From: Obrimoposthia wandeli
Taxonomy: Eukaryota
Direction of reading: 5' to 3'
DNA: 64,000 bases
Assembly: GCA_977020255.1 (NCBI GenBank)
Contig: CDROCS010005705.1
Location: 1-64,000 of the forward strand
In this document: in pieces, positions 1 through 9,467 of the stretch
Position numbering within the stretch: the stretch's first letter is position 1
How the letters are laid out: every line of letters begins with the position of its first letter
Notes under the pieces: generated by a model
Told to the model about the DNA's origin: nothing
The model's database searches: none
Seen by the model: the letters and a program-made list of their open reading frames with translations, nothing else
Translations under genes and position numbers: made by a program

Positions 1-1127
1 TTTTCTGCAATGCTTCTTTTCGTTCGTTTAAGTAGTCATGCCTATCGTAAATACCTTCTACGCCTTTTAGCTTGTGATTAAGGCAACGCTCTGCAATATG
101 CGAGGCAACACCAGCGGAGGCTAGCAAGCTGCGACAAGTGCGGCGGAAGTCGTGTATTGTAAAATACTCTATATCACCCATTACGTTAGGCGGCTGGACT
201 TTCCTACCTGCTTCTTTTCCGAATAACTTAGCTATTGCTCTATTTAGTGTGTCTTTTCCCATGTGAGGTTTTTTGCTAGAACGGCGGTTGGGAGAAATCG
301 TGTTGAAACCACAAGAGCCTCTTTAATTCATTAAGCCAAGGAACAGACTGCAGTGAGTAAGGGGGGACAGCTGTGTTCATTCTGGCTCTGACCACTTTGC
401 TTCTGTTAGCTCGCTTTCTAACCCCCAAACACAAGTAATAAAGGAGCACGCTAAATATTCACGATTAAAAAGCTACTAATGTGTTTTCAGGAAATACTTT
501 AAACACAGCAGCAAGTTCGGCTGTAAGCGCTCTATCTTTGCTGCTCTCAACTCCACCAGCATCGGAAGTATTAAAGGCGCTAGCTGGATTACTTGAAATA
601 AGCCCCAGCTTTATGGCGTGGTTAAAAAGCTGTTTGCAGTACATAAGAGTGTCATTAGCAATGGTAGGTCTGCCACTGACGGCAACATTCTGAATAATAG
701 CCCTTATATCCATCGGTGTGACTGAGATGATCTCCAGATTGCCTATAGAAGGAGCAATCTGCTTTTTGTACGTTTAGTATTTTTGCGCAGCGGATTCTGG
801 AGGCGTTTTTTCATACCAATCAGCAAATAGGTCGTTAACGGTGCTTGATAACGATCTGCTGTTATAAACTTCCTTTCTGCTAGCGGTCAATACCGTCATA
901 TTGCTTCTTGAGTTGCACAAACTCCGGTTTCTGGCATCGGCTAAAGTGAGGTGCTCAAACTTACCAAGGGTCATCGATTTTCTTTTGCCGGCTTTGGTGT
1001 ATCTAAGCATCCAGTAGGGCAAGCCTTCTTTAGGGATTAATAGAGAAAGCCCGCTTCCGTCACCATATGTCCCCGCCTTTCCAGACTTCACAATCGATGA
1101 CGCACTTCTTGCTGTTAACTTTCCCAT
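1..1127 (-). pseudogene. int: Frameshifted P4-like tyrosine integrase (yicC-targeting island type); runs off the window edge
   Basis: Pieces lie in different frames: N-terminal arm-binding domain MGKLTAR..YGDGSGL..WMLRY (ATG 1127, SD GAGGGG), core GRPTIAND..CKQLFNHA..NPA (465-713), catalytic GVRK (~410-430) and C-terminal HDFRRTCRSLL..AERCLNHKL.GVEGIYDRHDY (hand-translated from 1-170). The canonical GIDPLAERK is broken by a missing base. Confidence 0.92.
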
Positions 1128-1148
1128 AATTAGCCCCTCAATAATTCC

Positions 1149-1289
1149 ACTAGCCAAACCACTAGCCATTCTACTAGCCACTTTCAATCGGCACTAGCCA
1201 CATTTTATCGGAAGTCATCGGAAGATGAAAGTTAAAATATTCAGTAATAGCGGGGCTTTAGAGGTAGTTATCGGAAGTGCTTGGAAGTT
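1149..1289. repeat. Clustered short direct repeats, putative integrase arm-type sites of an att junction
   Basis: ACTAGCCA at 1149, 1161, 1173 and 1193; ATCGGAAG at 1207, 1217 and 1270; variant TTGGAAG at 1281. All lie between the int start and the yicC stop. Confidence 0.7.
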
Positions 1290-2151
1290 ACTCAATATTC
1301 TGAATCTGCTCGCGCATCTGCTCAATCAATACTTTTAGCTCCACTGCGCTGTTAGTGGTTTCAACAACAATTGCTTTTGAAGAAAGTGTGTTTGCCTCGC
1401 GATTCAGCTCTTGCATTAAAAAGTCTAAACGTCGGCCTATGGCACCTTCTTGTTGCAAAATGCGGGCTACTTCTTGTACGTGAGTATCTAGACGATCTAA
1501 CTCTTCTGCGACATCAGCTTTTTGTGCAAGTAAGGCTATTTCTTGCTCTAAACGTGTTGCGTCTATTTCAAGTTGTAAATCAGTAATGCGACTTAGCAGT
1601 AACTCACGCTGCGCTTGTAAAATCAGCGGCATTTTAGTGCGCGCTTGTGCAACCACTTGTGAAATTGCAGCTAAGCGCTGGGTAATAAGTTCTGCAAGTT
1701 CGCTTCCTTCGCGAGTGCGCCCGGCGATTAAATCATCGATGGCTTTACTAAAAAGTGCTAAGGCCGCTTCTTTTATTGGGTTTAAATCTATGGATGCTTC
1801 TTGCATAACGCCAGGCCAGCGTAGTATTTCTAAGGTGTTGATAGGTTGCGAGTTTTTGGTTAGTTTCGCAAGTTGTTGAGCGGCGTTGATCAGCTGCTGA
1901 GCATGTGCTTCATCTATTTGTATGCTTTGTGGCAGTTGTTCAGTGCTAAAGCGTAGAGTACAGTCAATTTTGCCTCTGCTGAGCTTTTTACGTAGTTGAT
2001 CACGCAGAGCAGTTTCTATGTCACGAAGGTTTTCAGGAATGCGCAAATGCGGTTCTAGATAACGATGATTTACTGATCTTATCTCCCAAATTAGGCCTCC
2101 CCAATTTTGTTGGCTCTCTTGTCGTGCAAATGCGGTCATACTGCGTGTCAT
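1288..2151 (-). CDS. yicC: YicC/YloC family endoribonuclease
   Basis: SMTAFAR N-terminus, RSVNHRYLE, GRRLDFLMQELNREANTLSSK, and C-terminus ELKVLIEQMREQIQNIE. ATG at 2151 is preferred over TTG 2160. Confidence 0.96.
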   Translation of the reverse strand: MTRSMTAFARQESQQNWGGLIWEIRSVNHRYLEPHLRIPENLRDIETALRDQLRKKLSRGKIDCTLRFSTEQLPQSIQIDEAHAQQLINAAQQLAKLTKNSQPINTLEILRWPGVMQEASIDLNPIKEAALALFSKAIDDLIAGRTREGSELAELITQRLAAISQVVAQARTKMPLILQAQRELLLSRITDLQLEIDATRLEQEIALLAQKADVAEELDRLDTHVQEVARILQQEGAIGRRLDFLMQELNREANTLSSKAIVVETTNSAVELKVLIEQMREQIQNIE

Positions 2152-2267
2152 ATGCTTCAATCTCGATTAGAATATATGCCATAGTTTATCAGCATGAGAC
2201 TTTGCGCTCTATGCTAGACAGTTAAATTTTTTACCCTCGGTTATTGTTTAATATAAAGGTTATTTTC

Positions 2268-3038
2268 ATGAGCAAATCTATCTCTGATCAACTTCAAACA
2301 CTCGGTGTCGTTTCACATCGTCCAAGCGGTCGTGAGCTTGATCAGTTAAGAGACATAAAGTTTACGCGCAATTTTACTAAACACGCAGAAGGTTCTGTAT
2401 TAGTTGAGATCGGTGATACTAAAGTGCTTTGTACAGCGACAGTTGAGCGTGGTGTGCCGCGCTTTTTAAGAGGCACAGGCACTGGCTGGGTAAATGCAGA
2501 ATACGGTATGTTACCGCGCTCTACGAATACCCGAAATGGCCGAGAAGCAAGCCGTGGCAAACAAACGGGCCGTACGATTGAAATTCAACGCTTGATTGGT
2601 CGCTCATTGCGCGCTGCTCTAGATTTGAAAAAACTAGGTGAGAATACTATTACTATCGACTGCGATGTTTTACAAGCAGATGGTGGTACACGTACAGCGT
2701 CTATTTCTGGTGCTTGTGTCGCGCTAATGGATGCGATTAGTGCTCTTAAAAAAGATAAGCACGGCGCGCTCAAGGGTGACCCTCTTAAGTATATGATCGC
2801 AGCAATTTCTGTTGGGATTTACAAAGGGGAGGCAGTGCTAGATCTAGACTACAATGAAGATTCGGATGCCCATACAGATATGAATGTTGTCATGACTGCA
2901 AAAGGCGGCTTTATTGAAGTACAAGGTACTGCTGAAGGCGAGCCGTATTCAGAAGAAGAGCTTAATAAAATGTTGAAGCTAGCCCGTCAAGGGATTCAAG
3001 ATATTATCGTGAAGCAAAGAGAAGCGCTAGCGAGTTAA
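2268..3038 (+). CDS. rph: Ribonuclease PH
   Basis: [60 protein letters not shown] at 2268. Confidence 0.98.
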   Translation: MSKSISDQLQTLGVVSHRPSGRELDQLRDIKFTRNFTKHAEGSVLVEIGDTKVLCTATVERGVPRFLRGTGTGWVNAEYGMLPRSTNTRNGREASRGKQTGRTIEIQRLIGRSLRAALDLKKLGENTITIDCDVLQADGGTRTASISGACVALMDAISALKKDKHGALKGDPLKYMIAAISVGIYKGEAVLDLDYNEDSDAHTDMNVVMTAKGGFIEVQGTAEGEPYSEEELNKMLKLARQGIQDIIVKQREALAS

Positions 3039-3059
3039 TCTGATTCAAGTAGCAATAAT

Positions 3060-3097
3060 ACTAGCAGCAGTTTAAAATTTTACTGTTGCTAGTTTTT
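3060..3097. terminator. Hairpin between convergent rph and crc, probably a bidirectional terminator
   Basis: ACTAGCAGCAGT...ACTGTTGCTAGT stem followed by TTTT. Confidence 0.65.
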
Positions 3098-3124
3098 GTA
3101 GATTTAGCAGTGTTTTTAGTCGCA

Positions 3125-3898
3125 TTATAAATCAATATCGTATTCCATAACCAAAGGTGCAAACTCCGAGAAGTTTTGATCTTTGGCAATGTAACCATCA
3201 TTGATGGTGTCTAATATATTCGCCGTGGTTAATTGATAGTCTAGTCTAGCGCCTTCGTTTAATTTACGGGCACGATTGTAGTCGGGCCACCAAGTATACT
3301 GGCGATCTGCTTTATTTATTTCTCTAAAAGCATCCACATATCCCAGTTCACCAATAACATCTTCCATCCAAGCGCGTTCACTAGGTAAAAAACCAGAAAT
3401 ACTTTGGCTAGCATACCAGTTAGAAATATCAGTAGTGCGATGAGCAGTATTTAAAGTGCCACAAAAGATAAAATCACGACGCTTGCGCTGTGTCTTTTTG
3501 AAATGCGCTAATAAATGCTCCATAAATTGATGCTTAACAGCTTGCGCGGCATCATTTTTTAAACCAGAAGGGACCAGTAGCGAAGAGATACTCACGTTCT
3601 CGAAATCTGCTTGAATGAAACGCCCTTCGTAATCGCAGAGCTCAAAGCCTAAACCGGTCATAATGGCTTTAGGTAAATGCTTAGTGTAAATAGCAACACC
3701 GCTATAGCCATCTTCAAATGCATCAAAGAAATATGGGTAATAGCCTTCCAGATGGTACTTATCATCATCTAGTTGGTATTCTTTAGCACGCAGATCTTGC
3801 AGGCAAATGACATCTGCATCTTGATCAGCAAGCCAAGTGAATAGTCCCTTGTCTGTAGCCTGTTCAATACCTTGGGTATTGAAAGAGATAACGCGCAT
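3125..3898 (-). CDS. crc: Catabolite repression control protein Crc (catalytically degenerate ExoIII/Xth fold)
   Basis: Collinear with Pseudomonas Crc (DADVICLQD, PKAIMTGLGFE, RKRRDFIFCG, GFLPSERAW) and sits between rph and pyrE. ExoIII catalytic motifs are altered: QETK to QDLR, GDxN to GTLN, SDH to SEF. Confidence 0.85.
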   Translation of the reverse strand: MRVISFNTQGIEQATDKGLFTWLADQDADVICLQDLRAKEYQLDDDKYHLEGYYPYFFDAFEDGYSGVAIYTKHLPKAIMTGLGFELCDYEGRFIQADFENVSISSLLVPSGLKNDAAQAVKHQFMEHLLAHFKKTQRKRRDFIFCGTLNTAHRTTDISNWYASQSISGFLPSERAWMEDVIGELGYVDAFREINKADRQYTWWPDYNRARKLNEGARLDYQLTTANILDTINDGYIAKDQNFSEFAPLVMEYDIDL

Positions 3899-4413
3899 AT
3901 GATATTTTCCTGTGCTTTGTGCTGGTGGGTATTATTGTATTAAAGAAACATTTTAAAAAATGGCGATGCTACAGTTTATTTCAATACAAACAAGCGTAAA
4001 TTAACATTTATGGTTAATTGTATAGGGTAGTGAAATTAATTAAAAATTTCTTGATTAAAAATAGCTATAAGAAGCTATATATAGGGCTTTTTGCTGATTT
4101 TTTTGAGTTGTTATAGCAAAAGCATTTTCCTATTTTGCTTATATCCATCAATACTCAATAGCAATGTGTTAACAAATAATGATATTAGCGAATATAAGTT
4201 TACTTATCATAGAGTAATATTAGATTAAGTTCGAACAACTTTGTTAAATTCTGTAAAGTTTATTTGTTGTATCAATACTTTTAAAAAATTAAAGGAAAAG
4301 CCAAAAACTAGCGCGGTGTATTATTAAACAGTTCGCCAGTTTGATTCAAGAGTTGCGTTTTAGCTCAATTGTGCTGGTTTCTGACGAGATTGGTTAAGCC
4401 CAACAAATACTTA

Positions 4414-4574
4414 GGAAGCAGTCTGAGAACAAATTGATCTACTGCGATCTAATCTATTTGGCAAAACCTAACGCTCATTTTCATTCATTAGCACCGCTGT
4501 TCAACTCGAATGACCTCGAAACTTGACTCAAAGAGCTTAAATCTTGCTACGAACGCAATTCTCGGATCGCCTCC
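4414..4574. mobile_element. 161-bp MITE-like element (family A, copy 1) flanked by TA...TA
   Basis: Imperfect TIRs GGAAGCAGTCTGAGAA / TTCTCGGATCGCCTCC. The reverse complement aligns with 54793-54954 at about 124/162 positions (hand count). Confidence 0.8.
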
Positions 4575-4619
4575 TAGTGTAGAATAGCGCTTACTTTCCA
4601 CTGTTAGAGATTTGATCAA

Positions 4620-5261
4620 ATGCAACAATACCAAAGAGATTTTATAGAATTCGCCATTGCGCAAAACGTACTTTGTTTTGGTGAGTTTGAACTTAAATCA
4701 GGTCGTGTCAGCCCTTACTTTTTTAATTCTGGATTATTTAAAACGGGTTTGTCTCTGGCTAAATTGGGTGGTTTTTATGCCGCTGCTTTAGAAAATTCTG
4801 GTTTATCTTACGATATTTTGCTTGGCCCAGCTTACAAGGGTATTCCGCTGGTAGTAGCAACAGCAGTATCACTGGCTACTGAGCACAATAAAGATATGCC
4901 TTATGTGTTTAATCGCAAAGAAGCTAAAAGCCATGGAGAGGGCGGCTCGCTAGTGGGAGCTACACTTGAAGGGCGTGTGGTTATTATTGATGACGTGATT
5001 ACTGCAGGAACCGCCATCAGAGAGGTGATGGCGATTATAGAGCAAGCTGACGCCACTCCCGCTGCAACAGTCATTGCTGTTAATCGTATGGAAAAAGGAC
5101 GTGGCGAGCTATCTGCTATTCAAGAAGTAGAGCGTGATTATAATATGCCAGTCGTTAGCATTATCGATTTAACGCATATAGTGCAATATTTAGAAGAGCG
5201 CGGTGGTTATGTTCAACAAATAGCAGCTATTGCTAAGTACAAAGCGCAATACGGCATTTAG
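4620..5261 (+). CDS. pyrE: Orotate phosphoribosyltransferase
   Basis: [41 protein letters not shown] motif [12 protein letters not shown]. Confidence 0.98.
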   Translation: MQQYQRDFIEFAIAQNVLCFGEFELKSGRVSPYFFNSGLFKTGLSLAKLGGFYAAALENSGLSYDILLGPAYKGIPLVVATAVSLATEHNKDMPYVFNRKEAKSHGEGGSLVGATLEGRVVIIDDVITAGTAIREVMAIIEQADATPAATVIAVNRMEKGRGELSAIQEVERDYNMPVVSIIDLTHIVQYLEERGGYVQQIAAIAKYKAQYGI

Positions 5262-5335
5262 TAAAAATGTAATGAGTATTCATCTAGCAGCAAAGTCACC
5301 GTGAATGTGATTGAGCGATACTAGATGGATGCTCT

Positions 5336-5791
5336 CTATTTAATCATGCGCTTTTGTAGTGTTTTTACCGCTATATCTAAATCTGATCCACAACTGCTCA
5401 TACTTTCTAAGCTCAGATAATTTTTACCATTATAAGCAGTGCTAGAGCAGCTAACTTGTGCAAAGCAATCATAAAGTCCAGGCGTATCAAAAGTATAATT
5501 AGTACTACTAGTGTTTGTTTTAGCGCCATTGTTGATATCATTGCTTGTCATGAGACTTTCATCGCTGCTGCAATTATTATCATTTTTTAATTTACTCAGA
5601 TGAATCTCTAGTGCTGATTGCGCGGCACTTGTGGCTCTTACCGCCAGCATCTGCTGCGAATGTAATTTACCTGAGTTAGCTACAATACCCGACATTCCCG
5701 CTGCAAGTAAAGCCAGTACTGTAATGACAAATATGGCAGAGATAAGCCCTAACCCAGCTTGCTGATTGAGCCCTTTAATACGCTTATTCAT
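5336..5791 (-). CDS. mshP: MshP-like minor pilin/accessory protein
   Basis: Prepilin-like QQAG|LGLISAIFVITVLALL and Cys-rich C-terminus; last gene of the msh operon. ATG 5791. Confidence 0.7.
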   Translation of the reverse strand: MNKRIKGLNQQAGLGLISAIFVITVLALLAAGMSGIVANSGKLHSQQMLAVRATSAAQSALEIHLSKLKNDNNCSSDESLMTSNDINNGAKTNTSSTNYTFDTPGLYDCFAQVSCSSTAYNGKNYLSLESMSSCGSDLDIAVKTLQKRMIK

Positions 5792-6641
5792 TGAATAACC
5801 AAAACGGTTGAGTAATAGTGATCTGTTCAGCACTTTTGGCAGTGCTCAAAACTAAGGTGAACAAGCTTTGATCGGGTAAAAAGTTAAAGTTTGAAGGAGT
5901 GCCTAAGCCTTGATTAAGTAATATCCTATTAGGCTCACGCATAGGAAGTGTTTTAGGCGTTGGCTGTTTTAAGCTAACGCTGTAGTTGCTGTATTTATAT
6001 AAATCCCCCGCCACTATACAATAGCTAATCGCTTGACCAACAAAATAAGCTAATGGTGCTTTAGTAGGTTTGACAAAGACAGCCTTTAAGGCGGGCGGGG
6101 TTAACAAAGATAGTTGGCTAAATTGGCTGTTCTTTGCTGATGCTTGCTTCGTTACTATGCCTAGCACAGCGCCCTTACTATCATCTTTGACTGATAGGTT
6201 GCTGGTGTTGACGCTATACAAAAGAGAGGCCTCAGGCGTTCCTAATACTACTTTTAAACCGCGCACATTGGATTTGAGAGCCACAGTGCTAATTGTATTA
6301 GGTGCACTGCTAGCAAGAGAGTCATTAAGGTAAAAAGCGTTGGCTTTGATGGGGAGCATTTCAACGCATTGCGTATCTGCTTCGTGAATGACGCGTACCG
6401 AGCTGCTCAAACTCGCTTGCAGCTGGTTTTCTATTTTTGCGATGCTGATGCGCAAATTATTTGCCAAGCTATCACGATGAGTGACATCATTTAAACCTTT
6501 CACTGAATTAACGATGAACTGAGTGCTGCCCACGGTAATAATAGCCATAATAACGATCACGAGTATTAGTTCTACTAAGCTAAAACCGCGTTGTTGTTTT
6601 TGCCGGCCGCTGGAGTAGTAATGCTTAGAAGGATAGGGCAT
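5784..6641 (-). CDS. mshO: MshO-like minor pilin
   Basis: QQRG|FSLVELILVIVIM methylation motif, YCI motif, and position between mshD and mshP. Confidence 0.78.
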   Translation of the reverse strand: MPYPSKHYYSSGRQKQQRGFSLVELILVIVIMAIITVGSTQFIVNSVKGLNDVTHRDSLANNLRISIAKIENQLQASLSSSVRVIHEADTQCVEMLPIKANAFYLNDSLASSAPNTISTVALKSNVRGLKVVLGTPEASLLYSVNTSNLSVKDDSKGAVLGIVTKQASAKNSQFSQLSLLTPPALKAVFVKPTKAPLAYFVGQAISYCIVAGDLYKYSNYSVSLKQPTPKTLPMREPNRILLNQGLGTPSNFNFLPDQSLFTLVLSTAKSAEQITITQPFWLFNE

Positions 6642-7039
6642 TACCAACTTCCTTTATAAGTAACAAAAAGTTGCTCAGTGCCTTGAGGGGCAGTAATTTT
6701 AATAACTACTTTTTTCAGAGTATCGTTGGCGAGTTCAAAATCAGCTCCCGCTGAAGAAACGCTAACACTAGTTTTAAATTCTTGATAATCATCCAAAGGT
6801 TGGCTGACAACGTTGGTAGCTATTTGCAACTCTTCAAGATCGTTAAAGTGACTGCGCTTTACTTTTGCTAAATAAATTTTACCTAAAGCGACACTTCTAC
6901 TTTGCCAATAAGGGTCCGCGCTGTGCACAACCGCGTTTGACCAAACAGCGATAAGTCCGCTCATCGCAATGGCGATAATCGCTATGGTAAAAATAGATTC
7001 AATTAAAGTGAAGCCGGATTCAGATACAGCTGCCTTCAT
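6641..7039 (-). CDS. mshD: MshD-like minor pilin
   Basis: SG|FTLIESIFTI and SADPYWQSRSVALG. Confidence 0.78.
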   Translation of the reverse strand: MKAAVSESGFTLIESIFTIAIIAIAMSGLIAVWSNAVVHSADPYWQSRSVALGKIYLAKVKRSHFNDLEELQIATNVVSQPLDDYQEFKTSVSVSSAGADFELANDTLKKVVIKITAPQGTEQLFVTYKGSW

Positions 7040-7520
7040 AACTATATCCTGTAGGGGCGATGCAGAGAGTTTGTTCGCCTATTTGCAACGCCATGCTGTG
7101 AGTAACTTGGCTGATTTTAGGATAGCTAGTTTGCACCAAATCGCCGTTAGCGGCAAACTTTAACACTAACTTCATACCTATAGCTAATGGCTGTTTATCC
7201 ACTTGTATATTTTCGTTTAGCTCGAGGGAATGAGATCTCATTCCCGTATCGTTAGCAATGGTTATCTGCCATTTAGATGGCTCAGTTTGCTGTAACGTCA
7301 GTAAGCTTTTAGGGGTTCTATCAGTATAAATGGCAGTTTGTTGCGCCATGGCCATTTGTTGCGCTACTCTTACGTATGACTGTAGTTTGTTAGAAAATAG
7401 CGCTTGTTTGTAGAGGTCTGTGTCAGCAAAACGAGAAAAAGCGACGGTTGATAAAATACCAATGAGTACCATCACGGTAATAAATTCAACTAATGTAAAG
7501 CCGCTTTGTGTATGTGACAT
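7020..7520 (-). CDS. mshC: MshC-like minor pilin
   Basis: QSG|FTLVEFITVMVLIGILSTVAFSRF; C-terminal LCIAPTGY. Confidence 0.78.
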   Translation of the reverse strand: MSHTQSGFTLVEFITVMVLIGILSTVAFSRFADTDLYKQALFSNKLQSYVRVAQQMAMAQQTAIYTDRTPKSLLTLQQTEPSKWQITIANDTGMRSHSLELNENIQVDKQPLAIGMKLVLKFAANGDLVQTSYPKISQVTHSMALQIGEQTLCIAPTGYSYEGSCI

Positions 7521-7541
7521 CAATTTGCCGATTTACCGTTA

Positions 7542-8021
7542 TTATAAAGTTGGAACGACAAACCCCGATTCCAGAGAGTACTCGATTTTAACGGTACCAC
7601 TGCCGTCTTTGTTATACTTATACTCACATAACGGTTTTTGATAAGCCACTTTAAAAGATGCGCCATCAGCGGTTGATACTGTGGGTGCGTTAGCTTGCAA
7701 TACCGAATTCCACACTTCAACACAGCCTGCAGCAGAAGGCTTAGAGCTAGAAGACGCTATAGGTAATCTCTTTTTGTTGATGTACAGAGGTGATCCGTCA
7801 AACGACATGGAGGTGCCTGGAATTATGTTTTGTGCAATCGCTTGTGCTTTTGCCAACGCAATACCTGAAGCAAAGCCTCCAGCAGTACCTTGTACGGTCG
7901 CTTTATGTGCATCAGTGGAGATGTCAATAAAACGGGGCAGTGCAACGGCAGCTAAAATACCTAAAAGGGCAATAACCACAATTAGCTCAATAATTGTAAA
8001 ACCGGATTGCTGTTTTCTCAT
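7542..8021 (-). CDS. MSHA-type pilin (MshA/MshB family, closer to MshB by motif)
   Basis: QQSG|FTIIELIVVIALLGILAAVALPRF, GTAGGFASGIALAKAQ, CVEVWNSVLQ. Confidence 0.8.
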   Translation of the reverse strand: MRKQQSGFTIIELIVVIALLGILAAVALPRFIDISTDAHKATVQGTAGGFASGIALAKAQAIAQNIIPGTSMSFDGSPLYINKKRLPIASSSSKPSAAGCVEVWNSVLQANAPTVSTADGASFKVAYQKPLCEYKYNKDGSGTVKIEYSLESGFVVPTL

Positions 8022-8222
8022 CTTATAATTCCTTTATTGTCGATTTCGATACAAAACTAATGGTTTGAATTCTTTATATAGTTGTACTTTAGAACGTGAT
8101 TTGTCTAAAAAATTGCGAATATTTTATAAATCTTGTCGATCGTTAAAGCATAGCCCAAAAAAGGAGTCGTTAGTTAGTAGATATATTTTCAACTAACGTT
8201 CTGTAAGCGTTACCCTAAGTCT

Positions 8223-9467
8223 CTATTTATTAACGGCTGAACTAAGCTCCCATAAAGGTAAAAAGACACCTAAAGCTAAAGTTAAAACTAAAGCGCCAAT
8301 AATTATAATCAATATTGGTTCTATAGCGCTAGATAATCCTAGAAGTTTATACTCAACTTCTTCTTCATAAAAATCAGCGACCTCGGCCAGCATTTCGTCA
8401 ACACGTCCCGTTTCTTCACCCACCGCAAGCATTTGCATTATTAATGGGCTGAACATAGCAGTACGCTTGGCAGCACTTGTAAAGCCTTCTCCGCGCTCTA
8501 TACCTACGCGCATTTCATCTACTTTAGCGCCAACAAAGTCGTTATCAACCGCTTTAGCAACCACTGCTAAGCCTTGCTCGATCGGCATACCCGCGGCTAA
8601 TACCACGCTGAATGTGCGTGCAAACCTTGCCAGTACGGCGCGATAAAATATAGAACCTACTAAGGGGATGTGGAACTTCATTTTGTCCCAAGTGTATTTT
8701 CCAGTTGGAGTTTTCTTCCAGCGTAAAAATAAAAATAAGCTCATGCCAATCAAGGCGAATACGTAAGGCCAGTAAGCTAAGCTGAAATCGGAAATGCTAA
8801 TGAGTAAAATTGTTTGCCAAGGCAATTGTCCTCCAATGGAATCAAATACATCTTTAAAACTTGGAATAACAAACAAATTGATGATAGTGATGAAAATACC
8901 GATGGCACAAAAAACAAACGTAGGGTAGCGAGTGGCTTGTTTGAGATTGCGAATGGTTTGTCTTTCTAACGTTAAATAACTAGCCATTTGGCTGAATGAA
9001 TCGTCGAGGCGGCCAGTGTTTTCGCCAACGCGCACCATGCTTACATATAAATCAGAAAATAGTTTTGGATATTTGGCGATAGCAATTGATAATTCCTGAC
9101 CTTTTTCAAGGTTGTCAGCTACACCCGCTAAATTGGTACTCACTAAGTTGTTTTTAACCGTATCCGATAACCCTCTCAATGCAGCGACAATAGGTACACC
9201 TGCACGGGTTAAGCTGGCTAATTGACGTGAGAGCATAATTACTTCGTCAAGCGAGGCTTTCTCAAAAATTGCAAACTGCACTTTTTTTGATTGCGCTTGC
9301 GCGGCATCACTGGTTGCTGATATTCCGTTTTTAAGTGCTTCAATACGCACTGGAATAATGGCTCGTTGTTCAAGCTGATTAGCGACTTCTGAACGGCCAA
9401 CAGCCTCTATAGTGCCACTGGCTTTTGATCCATCAACATGCCTGCCGACATAAGCGTAAATGGGCAT
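8223..9467 (-). CDS. mshG: MshG/PilC inner-membrane platform protein
   Basis: Two T2SSF-like domains; RQLASLTRAGVPI, GENTGRLD, VGEETGRVDEML. Confidence 0.93.
   Translation of the reverse strand: MPIYAYVGRHVDGSKASGTIEAVGRSEVANQLEQRAIIPVRIEALKNGISATSDAAQAQSKKVQFAIFEKASLDEVIMLSRQLASLTRAGVPIVAALRGLSDTVKNNLVSTNLAGVADNLEKGQELSIAIAKYPKLFSDLYVSMVRVGENTGRLDDSFSQMASYLTLERQTIRNLKQATRYPTFVFCAIGIFITIINLFVIPSFKDVFDSIGGQLPWQTILLISISDFSLAYWPYVFALIGMSLFLFLRWKKTPTGKYTWDKMKFHIPLVGSIFYRAVLARFARTFSVVLAAGMPIEQGLAVVAKAVDNDFVGAKVDEMRVGIERGEGFTSAAKRTAMFSPLIMQMLAVGEETGRVDEMLAEVADFYEEEVEYKLLGLSSAIEPILIIIIGALVLTLALGVFLPLWELSSAVNK

Noticed and set aside
1128-1187. N-terminal extension MKVASRMASGLASGIIEGLI of ORF 774-1187
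   Set aside because: It is simply the translation of the ACTAGCCA repeats. The real start is ATG 1127, which has an SD.
3125-3898. Annotation as active exodeoxyribonuclease III (xth)
   Set aside because: The catalytic Glu, Tyr, Asp and His motifs are altered, and the synteny and sequence fit Crc.
3899-4410. Long AT-rich crc-pyrE spacer as a CrcZ-like RNA or hidden gene
   Set aside because: I found no series of AAnAAnAA motifs, no sigma54 promoter and no clear terminator. The frames I checked are interrupted by stops.
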